Shown here: piece after piece, positions 27,656 through 41,145 of the stretch
Layout of the letters: every line of letters starts with the position of its first letter
Position numbering within the stretch: the first letter of the stretch is position 1
DNA from: Octopus sinensis
Taxonomy: Eukaryota
Reading direction: 5' to 3'
Assembly (NCBI RefSeq): GCF_006345805.1
Contig: NC_043011.1
Coordinates: 33,678,464-33,742,463 of the forward strand
DNA: 64,000 nucleotides
Program-made: the position numbers and the translations under genes
The notes under the pieces: model-generated
Told to the model about the DNA's origin: nothing
Database searches by the model: none
The model's input: only the letters and a program-made list of their open reading frames with translations

Positions 27656-28374
27656 CTTGGATATATGGAGCATTCCACCCAAAAAGTGTCATTCATAGGA
27701 TTTATCAATGGGAGGAAATGTATAAATGTATAAGTGAGAATTGTATAAGAAGTGAAGAGAAAAGCTTGGAATAGCATGTAACTAATAGTTCAGAACCAAT
27801 GTCATCTGATGTATAAGACGCTGGTGTGATGGAGAGTATAGACTGTGTTGATAAGGATTAATATAAGAGGATTAGAATAGAGAGAAATGAAACAAACTTG
27901 AATGAAACAGCAAGAGATAAATAGTTTGTTATGGATATGAGTGATGGCGTAGATGAGGGAAATGAAAATGGTTGTGAAAATCAAATGTAAAGGTTGAAAC
28001 TGAAGCGCAAATCTGTGCTGTTTAAGAACAAGTACATAGAAATGTCACACGGATAAGAATATTGAATAGCTTTTATTGATTATCTTTTATATTTTACAGG
28101 CTTCAGTCATTGGATTGCAGCCATGCTGGAGCACTGCCTTGACAAAGTTAATCAAACAAATGGATTCCAATATTTATTCTTTATTATTTCGTAAGCCTGG
28201 TACTTATTCTATCAGTCTCTTTTGTTAAGCAGGTAAGTTATGGGATGTAAACAAACCAATACCAGTTGTCAAGCAGTGGTGGGGGACAAACACACATACA
28301 GAAGCATATATACACATCTTTTGTTCTCTTTATCTATTATTCAATCAATCTATCTATCTATCTATCTATCTATC

Positions 28375-28408
<34 letters not shown>

Positions 28409-28654
28409 TTTAGAAGTTTATTGTTATGTCCTGTTAGAGAGCGACCATTAGTTTCATGCCTGTAGAGCACTTAGTTGTATGGGTGGCTCAACAGACTCAT
28501 TGGCAGAAGGTATATAACCTCTCTAGAGAGATAATATACACATACATGTGTGTGTGTGTGTGTGTGCTTGTGTGTGTGTGTGTGTGTGTGCTTGTTTGTG
28601 TGTGTGTGTGTATGTATATATATGTGTGTGTGTGTGTGTGTATATATATATGGT

Positions 28655-28960
28655 GGAGGTGCAATGACCCAGTAGTTAGTGCAGCAGACTCGCAGTCGTA
28701 GGATCGCGGTTTCCATTCCCAGACTGGGCGTTGTGAGTGTTTATTGAGCGAAAGCACATAAAGCTCCACAAGGCTCCAGCAGGGGGTGGGGGTGGTGATC
28801 CCTGCTGTACTCTTTTGCCACAACTTTCTCTCACTCTTTCTTCTGTTGGCCTACTCACTTAGCCAGCGGGGTGGTGTCATTTGAAGGCTAAAACAATGTG
28901 AAGCGCATTGTGACCAGTGATGTGTAGCAACATCTGATAGCCTAGTCAGTCATGGTGATT
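28655..28960 (+). mobile_element. SINE family A copy
   Basis: Near co-linear with 13817-14118. Confidence 0.85.
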
Positions 28961-29199
28961 ACGGTCACAGTGATATATATATATATAAATGACAGGAGTC
29001 TACACAGTTTCTGTATATCAAATTCACTCACAAAGTATTGGTCAGTCTGGTGCCAGAGTAGAAAATACTTGTTCAAGGTGCTATGCAGTAGGACTGAACT
29101 TGAAGCCGTTTGGTTGCAAAACAAGCCTCTTCACCAAGCCTCTTTGTGGGGAAAAAAAGTGAATGCATTAGTCACATAGTTTGTGGATGCAGTAAACTT

Positions 29200-30030
29200 G
29201 CATAGCAAAAGTACAAAAAGCAGTCTGACAATATCAATATTAAATGCAACGTTCACTGGAAAATATGTAAAAAAAAAATATAATTTGGACAGAACTGATT
29301 GGAGGTAGAAACATTAACCAATTATCATGGAAGTTAATGAGAATGTTAAGTTGTGAGATTTTAGCATTCAGTGTGACCAATTACCATAAGTATCTAGATT
29401 AGACATTGTTAGTTTCAACAAAATGGGAAGATGCTGTATAATAATTGCAGTATCACCTCTGAGTGACAACAGAGAGTGTGAGAAAGAAAATGAAAAGGGT
29501 GAGAAATATGAAGATCTGAAGAGAGAACTTGCAAGGATGTGGAGCATGAAAACAGTTGGAATTGTGCCAGAGGCAGTGGTAATTGTTGATACAGTAACAA
29601 AGAAAATTAAATCATAGTTGGGCGCTGTCGGTATGGCAGCATGGAAAATTAAATTAGAGTGGGAGTGAAATACAAACAGAACTATGGGAAACTATACTAT
29701 TTGTTCTAATTCTGGTATAAGGCCAGCGCTTTTGAGAATGGGAGGGAGTCAATAACATTGACCCCAGTGCTCAACTGGTACTTATTTTATCACCCTGAAA
29801 TGGCTGAAAGGTAAAGTCAGTTTTGGTGGCATTTGAACTCAGAATGTAAAGACCCAAAAGAAATGCTGTATTGCATTTTGTTTAGCATAGTAACAATTCT
29901 GCAAGCCCACTGCCATTAAGGAAATCACATTATTAGAAGGATAAGGATCCTTAGGAAGGCACTCAAAAATGGAGCAAACGAAATAATCCCAAAGTACCCT
30001 TACACTTCGATTATGATTTGCTCAGTGATC
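29200..30030 (+). mobile_element. Decayed R4/Dong-like 3' fragment interrupted by a SINE
   Basis: EKENEKGEKYEDLKRELARMWSMKTVGIVP is typical of the RLE C-terminus. Confidence 0.65.
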
Positions 30031-30243
30031 TATATGGAAAAATAATGTTGATAATAACAACAACAACAACAACAACAACAATAATAATAATCATAATAAT
30101 GATACTGATAATGATAATCCTTTCTACTATAGGCACAAGGCCTGAAATTTTGGGGGAGGGGGCTAGTCGATTTCAATGACCCCAGTGTTTCACTGGTACT
30201 TAATTTATCGATCCCGAAGGGATGAAAGGCAAAGTCGACCTTA

Positions 30244-30320
30244 ATAGAATAATAATAATAATAATAATGATAGTGATAATGCTGATAATAATAATAATAA
30301 TAATGATAGTGATAATGCTG

Positions 30321-30375
<55 letters not shown>

Positions 30376-30387
30376 TAATAATAATAA
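30244..30387. repeat. (TAA)n microsatellite
   Basis: Seen directly; others at 25580, 62325, 62700, 63356. Confidence 0.95.
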
Positions 30388-30782
30388 TACCAAAGAAATA
30401 GATATGAAATTATCAAGGAAAGAGATATGAAATTTATCAAAGAAATAGATATGAAATTTACCAAAGAAATAGATTTGAAATAATACCAAAGAAATAGATA
30501 TGAAATTTGGATTAGAAAAATGTGCCAAAGCAACCCTGAAAAGAGGAAAACTAGTTAAGAGTAGCAACATCACACTAAATAAAGCCAATGAAATAAGAGA
30601 AATAGACCAAAGCCATACATACATACAAATATTTAGGAATCAATGAACAAGATAGGATACAACACACACAAATGAAAGAGAAAATAAAGAAAGAATACTA
30701 TAGATGAGTTAGATCAATACTGAAAACAGAGCTCAATGCTACAAACAAGATAATAGGTATTAACACTTTAGCCATCCCAGTT
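30388..30782 (+). mobile_element. R4/Dong-like RT fragment following (TAA)n
   Basis: IDMKFGLEKCAKATLKRGK...YKYLGINE...ILKTELNATNKIIGINTLAIPV; about 20-24-bp unit aaagaaatagatatgaaattt reiterated at the 5' end. Confidence 0.75.
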
Positions 30783-30959
30783 AGAAGAAGAAGAAGAAAA
30801 AGAAGAAAGTTTGTCTCTTAGGAACAGCAAAGCCAATCAGGATGGTTCTAAGCACTTGAAAGACAGCTGAAAACATGTGGGTACCTAAGGTAGTAACCTG
30901 CTACCCACATAAATCCTACCAGGAATAAAATCAAACCTGACCCAAACCAAAATAATAAA

Positions 30960-32630
30960 CAGGGTGCTAACAGAGATGTTTAAGAAGATACTGGTTGTAC
31001 TAGAGCTAACAAATGGAAAGTTCACAGGGTGAAAATACTAAACTTAACACCTAAACTTAAGAAATAGCAACCCTAAAATCTATAGACCCATAATATGTCT
31101 TTTTACAACCTGTAAACCTTTAATTTACATTGATATCACAGAGATTAAATATAGATCTGGAAAAAAAAATTGTTTCCAGAAGAGTAGATGAGACGCTGTA
31201 AAGGTTCTTATATTTTTAAGAATCAATTAAACCATATAAAAAAAAAACATAATCAAAGACTGCCAAAGAACAAAGAAGGGTTTGAGCATGACATGAATTG
31301 TCTGCCAGAAGGCTTTTGATGGTGATCTCAACAGTTGAATTCTGTAAACATTAGCTACAAGTAAGATAGCACCAATGATGAGTAAATACATTAAACATGA
31401 ATAAAAACTAGACAATTTTGGAAATACAGACAAAACAGAATATTTTTTTTAAAAAACTAACTCAATCTCATTTGGAAGAATACTATAAAAGAATGCCCTA
31501 CTGCTCCTCTCCTTCTGCTTAGCAATAACACCTTTAACCAATGCATTAAGCCAAACTGGTTTAATGTGCTTAATATGGTATATGGGAACAATCAACTCTC
31601 TTTTGAGCATTAATGACCTCAAGTTGTACACGGTAGATGATAAACAACTAGAAACTCTGCTACAGATAGTAAACAGGTTTATTAAAGGAATTGCTATGAG
31701 ATATATATATTTCAAAAATATGTAAAGGCAACCATGGAGAGAGGAACATTAATTAAGAACACTAATATATTAGATAAAGAAACTGAGATAAGACAATTAT
31801 AACAAACATATACTTACAAATGTTTTGGAATCAATGACCTGGATAGTGTGCAACGCACACAAATGTAAGATGGTTAAAAAGAACACATTGCAGACGCGTA
31901 AGATAAATACATAAAGTAGAGCAAAATACAAAATAAAAGATTATAAACAGCAATGCTTTATGTGTCCCAGCAATAAGTTATAGCAACAATATTCTCAGCT
32001 GAGCACCAAATGAACCAGAAAATAGAAAAATAAGAAAAATACTGACTTCACTACTGAAAATCTAGCATAACAAGATACCATGGTTGCAATGTGGTAGAGG
32101 TCTTATGCAGCTGGAAAACTCTTATAAAACATATAAAACTACAAAAATATTAAATAAAAAGTAATGGAAAACGATAGAACATAAACAAAATAAAAATAAA
32201 CTGTTTTCTCTCTACAAGGAAGCAAGCATGTAAAAACAGATCCTGAAATTATTGATATTTTTGAAAGATAAGGAGAAATAACAACTGAAATTGAGAAAAT
32301 CTAAGCTAAAAATGGGGGCACATGATACAGTGAAGGCAAGAAAATCCCTTACATGGGCAAAACCAACAAAAAAAATTCATGAGGTACACATAGACAGATA
32401 AACATTGCAACAAAAGTTGAGAAGTATGGAACTTAAAGTTTTGATTGAAAGATTCTTTATTGCAGCACAAGATCAATGTCTCTCAATCAGAAACCACTAA
32501 AAGCATAAAAATTAGTAAATAGATAACAGGGTATGTTAATTAACTACAGAATATGTAACTATAAATTATTAACAATTAACTATATTGTCTCAACCTGCCC
32601 AGTATTAGTAAAGAAAGAATGCATCCACAG
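30960..32630 (+). mobile_element. Heavily decayed R4/Dong-like RT region
   Basis: Remnants read as NYRPIICL, CQKAFD, LLSFCLAITPL, NDLKLY, GRGL and F.IAAQDQCL, with many stops. Confidence 0.65.
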
Positions 32631-32730
32631 GAGCTGGCACTAGTTGCACAAGTGTACCAGTATTACACAGCAAATAGCAACACAAATTGAAGTATGAGTG
32701 TGTATGTATATGTTTGTTAGTGGATGTGTG

Positions 32731-32762
<32 letters not shown>

Positions 32763-32896
32763 AATATGTATCCCATCCAGCGCAGCTGTGATGAGGTAAC
32801 AAGAGCCTTTACACTAACTCTACCAAAATGAAATACAAGCATCTGTATGTATATGTTTGTAGCTGGGTATAGGTATATATATATATGTATATATAC

Positions 32897-33230
32897 AGTT
32901 AGTGCAAAGGCTCTCATTACCTCATCACAGCTGTGCTGGGTGGGACGTGTTTACAAGAGGGCAGATGACAGGCTCCCAAAGACAGTTTTCTATGTTGAAC
33001 TGCATCACACCCGGCAGAGTTGTGGTGGTCAGAGGTTACAATACAGGAGTGAGCTGAAGAGACACATGAAGACTCTAGTATCTCCTCAGGAACCTGAAAT
33101 TAGAAGGCTCTGCAGCACGACGAATGGCACCAATTGCCAAAACTCACAATTCCAGCCATTGAAGAGAAATAACAGAGGGAACACAAAAGAGCATATGAGA
33201 AGCATATGCAGACCTTTTGCCCATCTGTAA
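32897..33230 (+). mobile_element. RTE (BovB-like) LINE fragment
   Basis: QLCWVGRVYKRADDRLPKTVFYVEL...GGQRLQY resembles the RTE QLRWAGHV.RM...RLPK..LYGEL..GGQ motif. Confidence 0.72.
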
Positions 33231-36200
33231 GCTAGCCAGAGATGATTACTGGACAAGAACATGCAGTATTGACCTGCAGCAGACAGTTGATGGCATTGAT
33301 ATACAAACAGGCAGACAGACAGATAGATAAATGTTATTATTACAGTTAAAGCTAATTTGAAGTTTCACTTGAAACATTTGTTAGATGGCATTTGTAAAAA
33401 GACATTTTGAAAATGCTAACAGAATTATCCTTTTATGTTTACTGCTGTGACACAATAGTCCTGTTTGTTTACATCAAGTAGACGAATGAAGTTTTATTTC
33501 ATTGCTGTGGTTAACTATGTTGAATGTGTTTCTACAACAGTGGCATCCTGCACCTGATAATTGACCAATCATCAAATAAGGTACACCTTACATAAACAAT
33601 GACTAATTGACAGCCAATGTATGAATGCATCAGTTTTTTTAATTACCATAAATATCTAGACAAGACTGTAGTGTTTCTTTTTCACTTCTGAAAGTGGTCT
33701 TATGGCCAACAAAATTTCTTCGTTAGGTGCCACTTATCTGGTGCAAAATAAAACTTCAAGTAATATAGAAGTATTCACTTTAATAATAATGATTGCAATT
33801 TTTCTTCTAGGCATATTTTGCTTATACTACTTGCAACCATAAAACTATATATATATGGAAAGAAAGAGAGAAAAGGAACTGTTAGAGAAGGCACAGATTG
33901 AAGTAAATTCTATGAGTAAAATAGTATTTTGTTGAAGCAATTTCTGTCTTTATCTGAATGAAAAAATATATGGAACTTTGAACATGTTTTAAAAAGGCAA
34001 CAGTAGTAAATACTTCCCATATATTAGTTGAGTAAAATTTAGCTATAGAAAGATCAGAGAAACAGAAGCTAAACCATCTATAGGTATATTATTTTTCTGT
34101 ACCTGCACGAAACCAGTGGTATGGGACTGACAACTCTCGAGTTCATATGAGACCAAGTGAATGTGGAGTTGCTGGGAGAATATTCATTTAATATTTCTGT
34201 AAATAATTAATTTCATTTTCATGATTGGCCTCCTTCTTAGAAGCAACAGCAACAAACAAAGTTTGTGATTTTTCTTGAAGGATATCTCAATCATCCACAA
34301 ACAGAATGAACACACATACACACACACAACAAACAAACACACATCTTTGAATATTTAATGAATCAGAGAGTTTTAATTTCAAAGAACTCAATAGTGAATA
34401 AAAATTTTGCAATGTTTATGTCAACTATAGCTGAATTAATGAATGATAGGTTTAATTAATTAAGCATTTGCTTAATTAATTTCTTAGATAATTGGTCAAT
34501 TAATTAATTATAATATGTACAGAACATGACAACTAATTAAAATCAGGAAGACTAGAGAGATGAAGTACTGTGTCAGACCGCAATCTCTTGAAAGACAATA
34601 ATATAGTTAGGTATGTATGAATGTATGTACATACACACACACATATATATAATTTAATAATAAAGAAAATAATATAGTGACAGAAACAAGTGGTAGATAA
34701 TGTAATGAAATATATTACAAGAGTGTAAACAGCTAACAGTAACAGCAACAGCACAGCCAGATATATAAAACAGCTATAACAACAGGGTTACTTTCAAAAG
34801 ACAGAAGCCTTTTAAAAAGCGTGGGAGAAGAATCTATTTATAAAAGGCACGGTGATTGAGATAAGCATGTGAATAAAAAATATAGGATTATAGCATTTAA
34901 ATGAAAGATAATAGTGATAAATAGTTAGCTGCTAAATTTGCAGGTCTAGAATTCTCTTAAAGAAGATACTTATTGTGCCTGTGTAACGTTGGGGCACAGC
35001 CCTATAGAACTTAATACAAAAAACAATAAGGCCCTTCATTATCATCATTTTAACGTCCTGTTTTTCATGTTTGCATGAGTCAGAAGGAATTCAATGAGGC
35101 ATATTTTCTATGGTCAGATGCCATATTTCCAAAACAAAGTGTTATTGCTTCATTGCTGTATGCTTTTACAGAATGGTAACAAAGAACACCTCTTGTATAG
35201 CAGTGATGCTCGTTTACAACTATTGCAGAATGTCAAAATGGGGAAACACAAGTACACAAGCACTCACAAATACACACACATACATCCATACATACACACA
35301 CACATATATAAATACATACATACATATAAACACACATGCACACACAATACACACATAGATATTCAATTGGCTTTTTTCAGTTTCCATCTACCAAATCTAT
35401 TTTAGAATGTACCACAACATGTTTGTAACTGAGCTGATGTAGTTATTGTTGTTGCTACTGCTGTTGTTGCTAAGCTCTGATCAAGTAGACTTATGATCGG
35501 AGTATGATTTGAGGAAGCTTTCACTGCTTTTGCTTACAGGTTAAGCAACTGCATTGAGTTCTTCATTGTCTCATATTCAGTGACTTTTTGTTTTTTGTTA
35601 GAGTGTTTAGGCAACAGAAGTCACATGGATTTTCAAAGCTAAAACTTGGGTCTTAATGCAATAAGTCAGTATAACATGTCTTGAAATATCCATGCATAAT
35701 GTGTATATAATTTGTGACCAAAATTGAAAGTATGAAGATATTGTTTTAAAACTTAAGCCTTTAGCATTTAAATTGGCCATATCCAACCTGAATAGTTTAC
35801 CTGTTTTAATTTCATATCAGCCAGATTTGGCCTCTCACACCTACCCTACAATGTCATTCTAAACAAAAACAACCATATCATTCGAAATCAAGAAGCTACA
35901 TAATAATACATGATTAATTCATAACAATATGAATAAACAAGCACTGCATTTAACAGAGTAATAGGAATGCTAAAGGACATATAAACACATATCTATGCAC
36001 ATATATGCAGATAGTAAACAGGTTTGCTTGCTGAAATAATATGAAAAAGCCAGTGGCTCATTTAGGCTCAAATATCTGGGTAATTGTGACTGATGAGACA
36101 CAACCTGTTGAAATAGTGGTGTCCCAGAATCCCTTGCACCAAGAGCAAAGTGTATCATGAATACTCTGTCACCGTAAAGGGGGAATCATTCTCCTATGAC

Positions 36201-36314
36201 ATACACAACAGCAACTAGCATATTTGAGTTTGAATCTTCAGGACCATATTAAGAATAAATATGCAAATCATCATTTCAGATCTTGCTTCTCACAAGTATG
36301 AATAGCGGTTTCAA

Positions 36315-36354
<40 letters not shown>

Positions 36355-36907
36355 TGTGTGTGTGAGTGTACATAGACACACACTATTTATGAAGTATAGA
36401 CACATAAATAAAGCACACATTTATAATAGTAAAACATAACATTCATTAAATATTCAGATATCTATCTACTTATATTGATAAGGTATACTTATACAAATGC
36501 AGACACACACACACACTCGCACACTTATAATAACAGATATGTACACATATACATGCACACACACACACACAAAACACATACATTAATTAGAAGGCAGATG
36601 GAAGAATTTTGAAAATATTTCATATTCATTTTTCATTAATCATCTACATAGATATTGTAGGTAGTTTTAAAAGAGCTAAAATGAAATTATATACAAAGAC
36701 TAGTCGTTATATAAAAAATAATGACTGTTGTTGTAATATTGCTGATGCTATTCTGATTAATCATTATCCTTGTTTGTTTAATTGCATCATTAAAATTTAA
36801 TTTATATATATATATATATATATATATAAATGTATGTATGTATGTATGTATGTGCATGTGCACATGTTCATATATGTATCTATGTAACTATGTATGAATG
36901 TATGCAT

Positions 36908-36958
<51 letters not shown>

Positions 36959-36961
<3 letters not shown>

Positions 36962-37630
36962 GGTGTTTAGGCTATCTGAGAACATGACATTTTGGAGTTA
37001 TTATTTCTTTTAAATTAAATTTATGTTATTTATGTCTCAAAAATATAATAATCTTTTCTACTAAAGGCACAAGGCCTGGAATTTTGGGGGAGGAGACGAG
37101 TCGATCACATCAACCCCAATGTTTCACTGGTACTTAATTTATCGACCCTGAAAGGAAGAAAGGTAAAGTCAACCTCGGCAGAATTTGAACTCAGACCATA
37201 AAGACAAATGAAATGCCACTAAGCATTTTGCCTGGCATGCTAACAATTCTGCCAGCTCACCACCTTTCGGAAAATAATACTGACAGACACTCAACTTACT
37301 CAAGAAATGAAGAGGCATGCTGTTATTGTGACCTTAAGGGCTAAGCACAGCAATTTAGTGACAGATCAGTTTTTAAAAGACATCAGATCTTTCATCTACA
37401 AAGTTCACAAGTATTTAGAAACCTCAGAAGGAAAGGTATCACCAATACCAAAACACACAAAAAGCATTCTCAATTCTCCAATACCATCCGAGCACCTGAA
37501 TTTATTCAAAAAGTTCAGCAAATCATTGATAGAAACTCCAGAAAATCCATGAGTTCAATTGCAAAAGATCTCTATTTGTCAGAGGGGACAATCAGAAATA
37601 TTGTTCACAAAGACATCAGGTATAAGTTTT
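36959..37630 (+). mobile_element. Tc1/mariner-superfamily 5' remnant interrupted by a SINE
   Basis: TA|cagggtg start; ORF 37307-37552 and downstream read like a decayed HTH region (...PRKSMSSIAKDLYLSEGTIRNIVHKDI). Confidence 0.55.
37054..37265 (-). mobile_element. tRNA-derived SINE family C
   Basis: Head ggtgagctggcagaat...gagttcaaattc, core ctttcatcctttcggggtcgataaa.taagtaccag. Copies at about 1-80, 6710-6870, 7212-7398, 8920-9107, 9265-9442, 9798-10000, 26755-26942, 27034-27245, 29705-29915, 30120-30240, 39622-39800, 61912-62095, 63408-63617. Confidence 0.85.
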
Positions 37631-37860
37631 ATATGATGAGGTATCAAGAAATCTGACAGGGGCAGTACTGGACAGATATGGTGTTTTTACACCCGTTTTT
37701 TTACTATAAGAGAAAATTTTTTTTCTCCATGGTAACTGCAGTGAATTTGCTTTTAGAAGCTGAAATATGTGACGTTCATATATATATAATATATATATAT
37801 ATAATATATATGTATATATATATATGTGTGTATATATATATATATATGTGTATATATATA

Positions 37861-37976
<116 letters not shown>

Positions 37977-38098
37977 ATGTAATATATGTATGTAATATAA
38001 TTTTTCTGAATCTTCAGATTTTTCTATATGCTAGGCTACCGGTTTTAAATTGATATTAATCAAATTAATATTCAATTTTTCACCCTTATTATTTTAAA

Positions 38099-38162
<64 letters not shown>

Positions 38163-38168
38163 TATATA

Positions 38169-38204
<36 letters not shown>

Positions 38205-38219
38205 TGTATAGTTGAAATT

Positions 38220-38380
38220 TATAGAAAGACAAAAGAGGAAGACAGGTGTATGAACAACAAAAAAGTGTATTAGTTTGACACTCAAGAAAAATGTAAAAGT
38301 CTTTTACGTTTCAAGCCTATGCTCTTCAACAGAAAGGAATAAGAGAAAATAAACAGAGAGAGAATGAAAAAAACTTTTAG
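38220..38380 (-). mobile_element. Short dispersed repeat carrying a variant minimal hammerhead-like motif (Penelope-like remnant)
   Basis: Motif 38301-38336 on the minus strand reads CTTT-CTGTTGA-A-GAGC-atag-GCTT-GAAA-CG-TA-AAAG. Related copies at about 23530-23692 (+) and 50590-50760 (+). Confidence 0.55.
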
Positions 38381-40154
38381 ACTTCAGCAGTCCTACATAT
38401 ATGTGTGTGTATCATGGTACCAACCAGACCATTGGATGTTGTTATACACAGCTGGATACAGTGCACTTCCTTGTTTGCATTGTAGCTTTAGAATAATGCC
38501 ACCCCCTTGTTAGGCAGGCAGGTAGACCAATATTCCACCTGAACAGAACACCAGTCTGTTGCAGGGTTAGCCATTCACAGGTGAGTGGACTGGAGCAACA
38601 TAAAATGAAGTGTTTTACTCAAGACCACAATGCATCACCTGGTCTAGAAATGGAAATCATGATATTGTGATCATGTGTGCAATACCCTACCCACCAGGCC
38701 ATGCACCTTCACTATTTTACAATGAAAACATTGATTATAATGAAAATTAATTAAAACATAGACAGTGTAATTATAGATATAGTCACTGTAGAGTTAGTTT
38801 ACACCAGCACAGTAGTTCTTAACTACTTTTTACCTGTCAACCCCCTTCGATTTCTATTTTACTCAAATGGCCTTTCATAACTATTCTATGTGTAAAAGAT
38901 CCTATTATATTTTTATAATTAAATATTATTAGAAATTGTATTTTAAAAACTGTTAAAATATTTTGTGTATTGTAAAAGTAGAAGCAATCCAATGAACAAA
39001 TTTCAACGAAAAAGACCCCCAAGGGTCATATGGACCCTAATTGGCAGAAACCCATGTGTATCTCTGTTTCAGAATAGGTATACTGTGTCCTTGTATGTCA
39101 TAAGAGGCAACTGAAAGTTTGGGCAACAGGGAAAGTATCTGACCATAAAACACTACCTCAGAAAAACCTGTCCATGGAAAAATGAACATAAAACAATGAT
39201 TATGATGAGGAGGAAACAACTTTGAAAGTCACAGCCAATAACACTCCTTTGACTTTGTACGCAAAAAATCCAAGCCAACTTAACAACGTTATCTAAATAT
39301 ACATGATACTTGATACCACACATAACTGTATTATACAAACACAGTTGACACCTGAAATAACAAATCAATAGACTGAAGAGTAATCAATAGTGGAACATAT
39401 TGTATCAATGAATCAAAAATAAATACATAAAGTGAATTGTTTGTCTGACTAAAAGTATGTTGTAAAAAATTTCTTGACAAAGCTCAAATGATAAAAGAGA
39501 AAAAAGACAAAATTTGATGTCAAAACAGGAAAATTCGTAGAAAAATGAAAAGCAGTTGTTGCAATTTCAGAAACTGCCCATTGTACCAGTAATTTTAGCT
39601 GTAATTGTTTAGCTCCAGGCAAAGTGGTAGAAATTTGAACAGACCTGGTAACAGGCTGAGCAACATTTCTTCCATCTTTACAATCTGAGTTCAAATGCCA
39701 CTGATGTGGACTTTGCATTTCATCTTTTTCGGGAATCACTAAAGTAAGTTCCAGTCAAGCACTGGGGTCAATGATAATCAACTAACTCCCTCTTCCCAAA
39801 ATTCTGCAATTATTGCAAAAACAATTATTTAGCTCCAGGTCATCCTTGATCAAGTAGACCTATAATCAAGAGTACTCCAGCCATGACAATTTAGTTGTTT
39901 TGGGGGATATCTGGGGCCATACTATATAAGTATCTTTCCTTCTCATTTTTAAGGCAGCTCAGTGTAATTTGAGGAAGATTTAGCTGCTATTTCAAGCTGA
40001 TTAAGCAACCACATAAAAGTCACCTCCCTCTTCTGGTTGTTAATATTGGTTAACTTTTATGGATTCCTGCCTAATCCACCAGTTACAGAAACAACCAGCA
40101 AAGACATCATTTCATTGATCCTCAAAGTTAGTATATTATTATTATATCATCCAT

Positions 40155-40350
40155 TGTTGTTGACACTGACCAAAGGGCATCATACAGAGAAGAAGACAAG
40201 TCACAATGTGTCCAGATGTGACTGACCAATCAAATGTGTGCTAAGAAGGCTCTGCCACAGGTCGGGCACAGGTGGTCTTCTGAGACTGATGACAAGGTGT
40301 TGGCTCTGAACTGGCACAGTTGACATTTTCTTTGTGACAAAGATGTTAGT
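40155..40350 (-). mobile_element. RTE LINE 3' end with terminal C2H2 finger
   Basis: Minus strand HLCPTCGRAFLAHI*LVSHIWTH, as in the RTE/BovB C-terminus. Confidence 0.6.
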
Positions 40351-40942
40351 GAAAGAATAATAATTCAGTTACAAACATTATAACAAAAAATAAGAAAAAA
40401 GAGAAAAACTAAGAGTTCAAAAATGGTAAAGGTGATATCATTGTGGAGGCACAATAGCCCAGTGGTTAGGGCAGTGGACTTGCAGTCAAAGGATCACGGT
40501 TTCGATTCCCAGACCGGGCATTGTGTGTGTTTATTGATCGAAAACACCTAAAAAAAGCTCCGGGAAACTGGGCCCATGAGCCTGGCTAGGCTTGAAAAGG
40601 GCAATGAAAAGAAAAAAAGGTGATATCATCATCATCATAATCATCACTATCATCCTCATCAGTGTATGAATGGCCAATTTTTCATGCCTGTTAAGGTAGA
40701 TTTTTGATTGTCAGATGCCCTTCCTGTTGTCAATCTTAACTTGTTTCCAAGCTAAGTAATATTTCTCTATGGCCAGATGTGCCTTCCCTGAAGACTGGAA
40801 ATGAAGGGCACTGCCTGTATGGCAAAGCCTCTTGTTTTACAACAATTCCACAGTATAAATACACATACACACACGAGGTAAATGTTATTTAATAAACAGA
40901 ATTTAAATGTGACCTAATATAAGTTTCATGCCCTGATAATAT

Positions 40943-41080
40943 AATAGTCAGATGAGCTTCTATAGCATTTTGTGAACTATCCTACAAGCTAAGCTCAAGT
41001 ATATATATATTTTTGAATGCATATATTACTTGAGCTTGCAGCATAGATCACAGCATGCTATACAAGCTCATCTGACTATT
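40943..41080. repeat. Imperfect inverted repeat, about 60-bp arms
   Basis: aatagtcagatgagctt...aagctcaagta / tacttgagctt...aagctcatctgactatt. Confidence 0.8.
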
Positions 41081-41114
41081 GTACTGTGTGTATATATATA
41101 CACATGCATGCACG

Positions 41115-41145
<31 letters not shown>

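Noticed and set aside
36075-36130. CTGATGA-GACA-caacc-TGTT-GAAA...GTC hammerhead-like string
   Set aside because: Core and stem II are plausible, but stem I cannot pair next to the core; at best a decayed relic.
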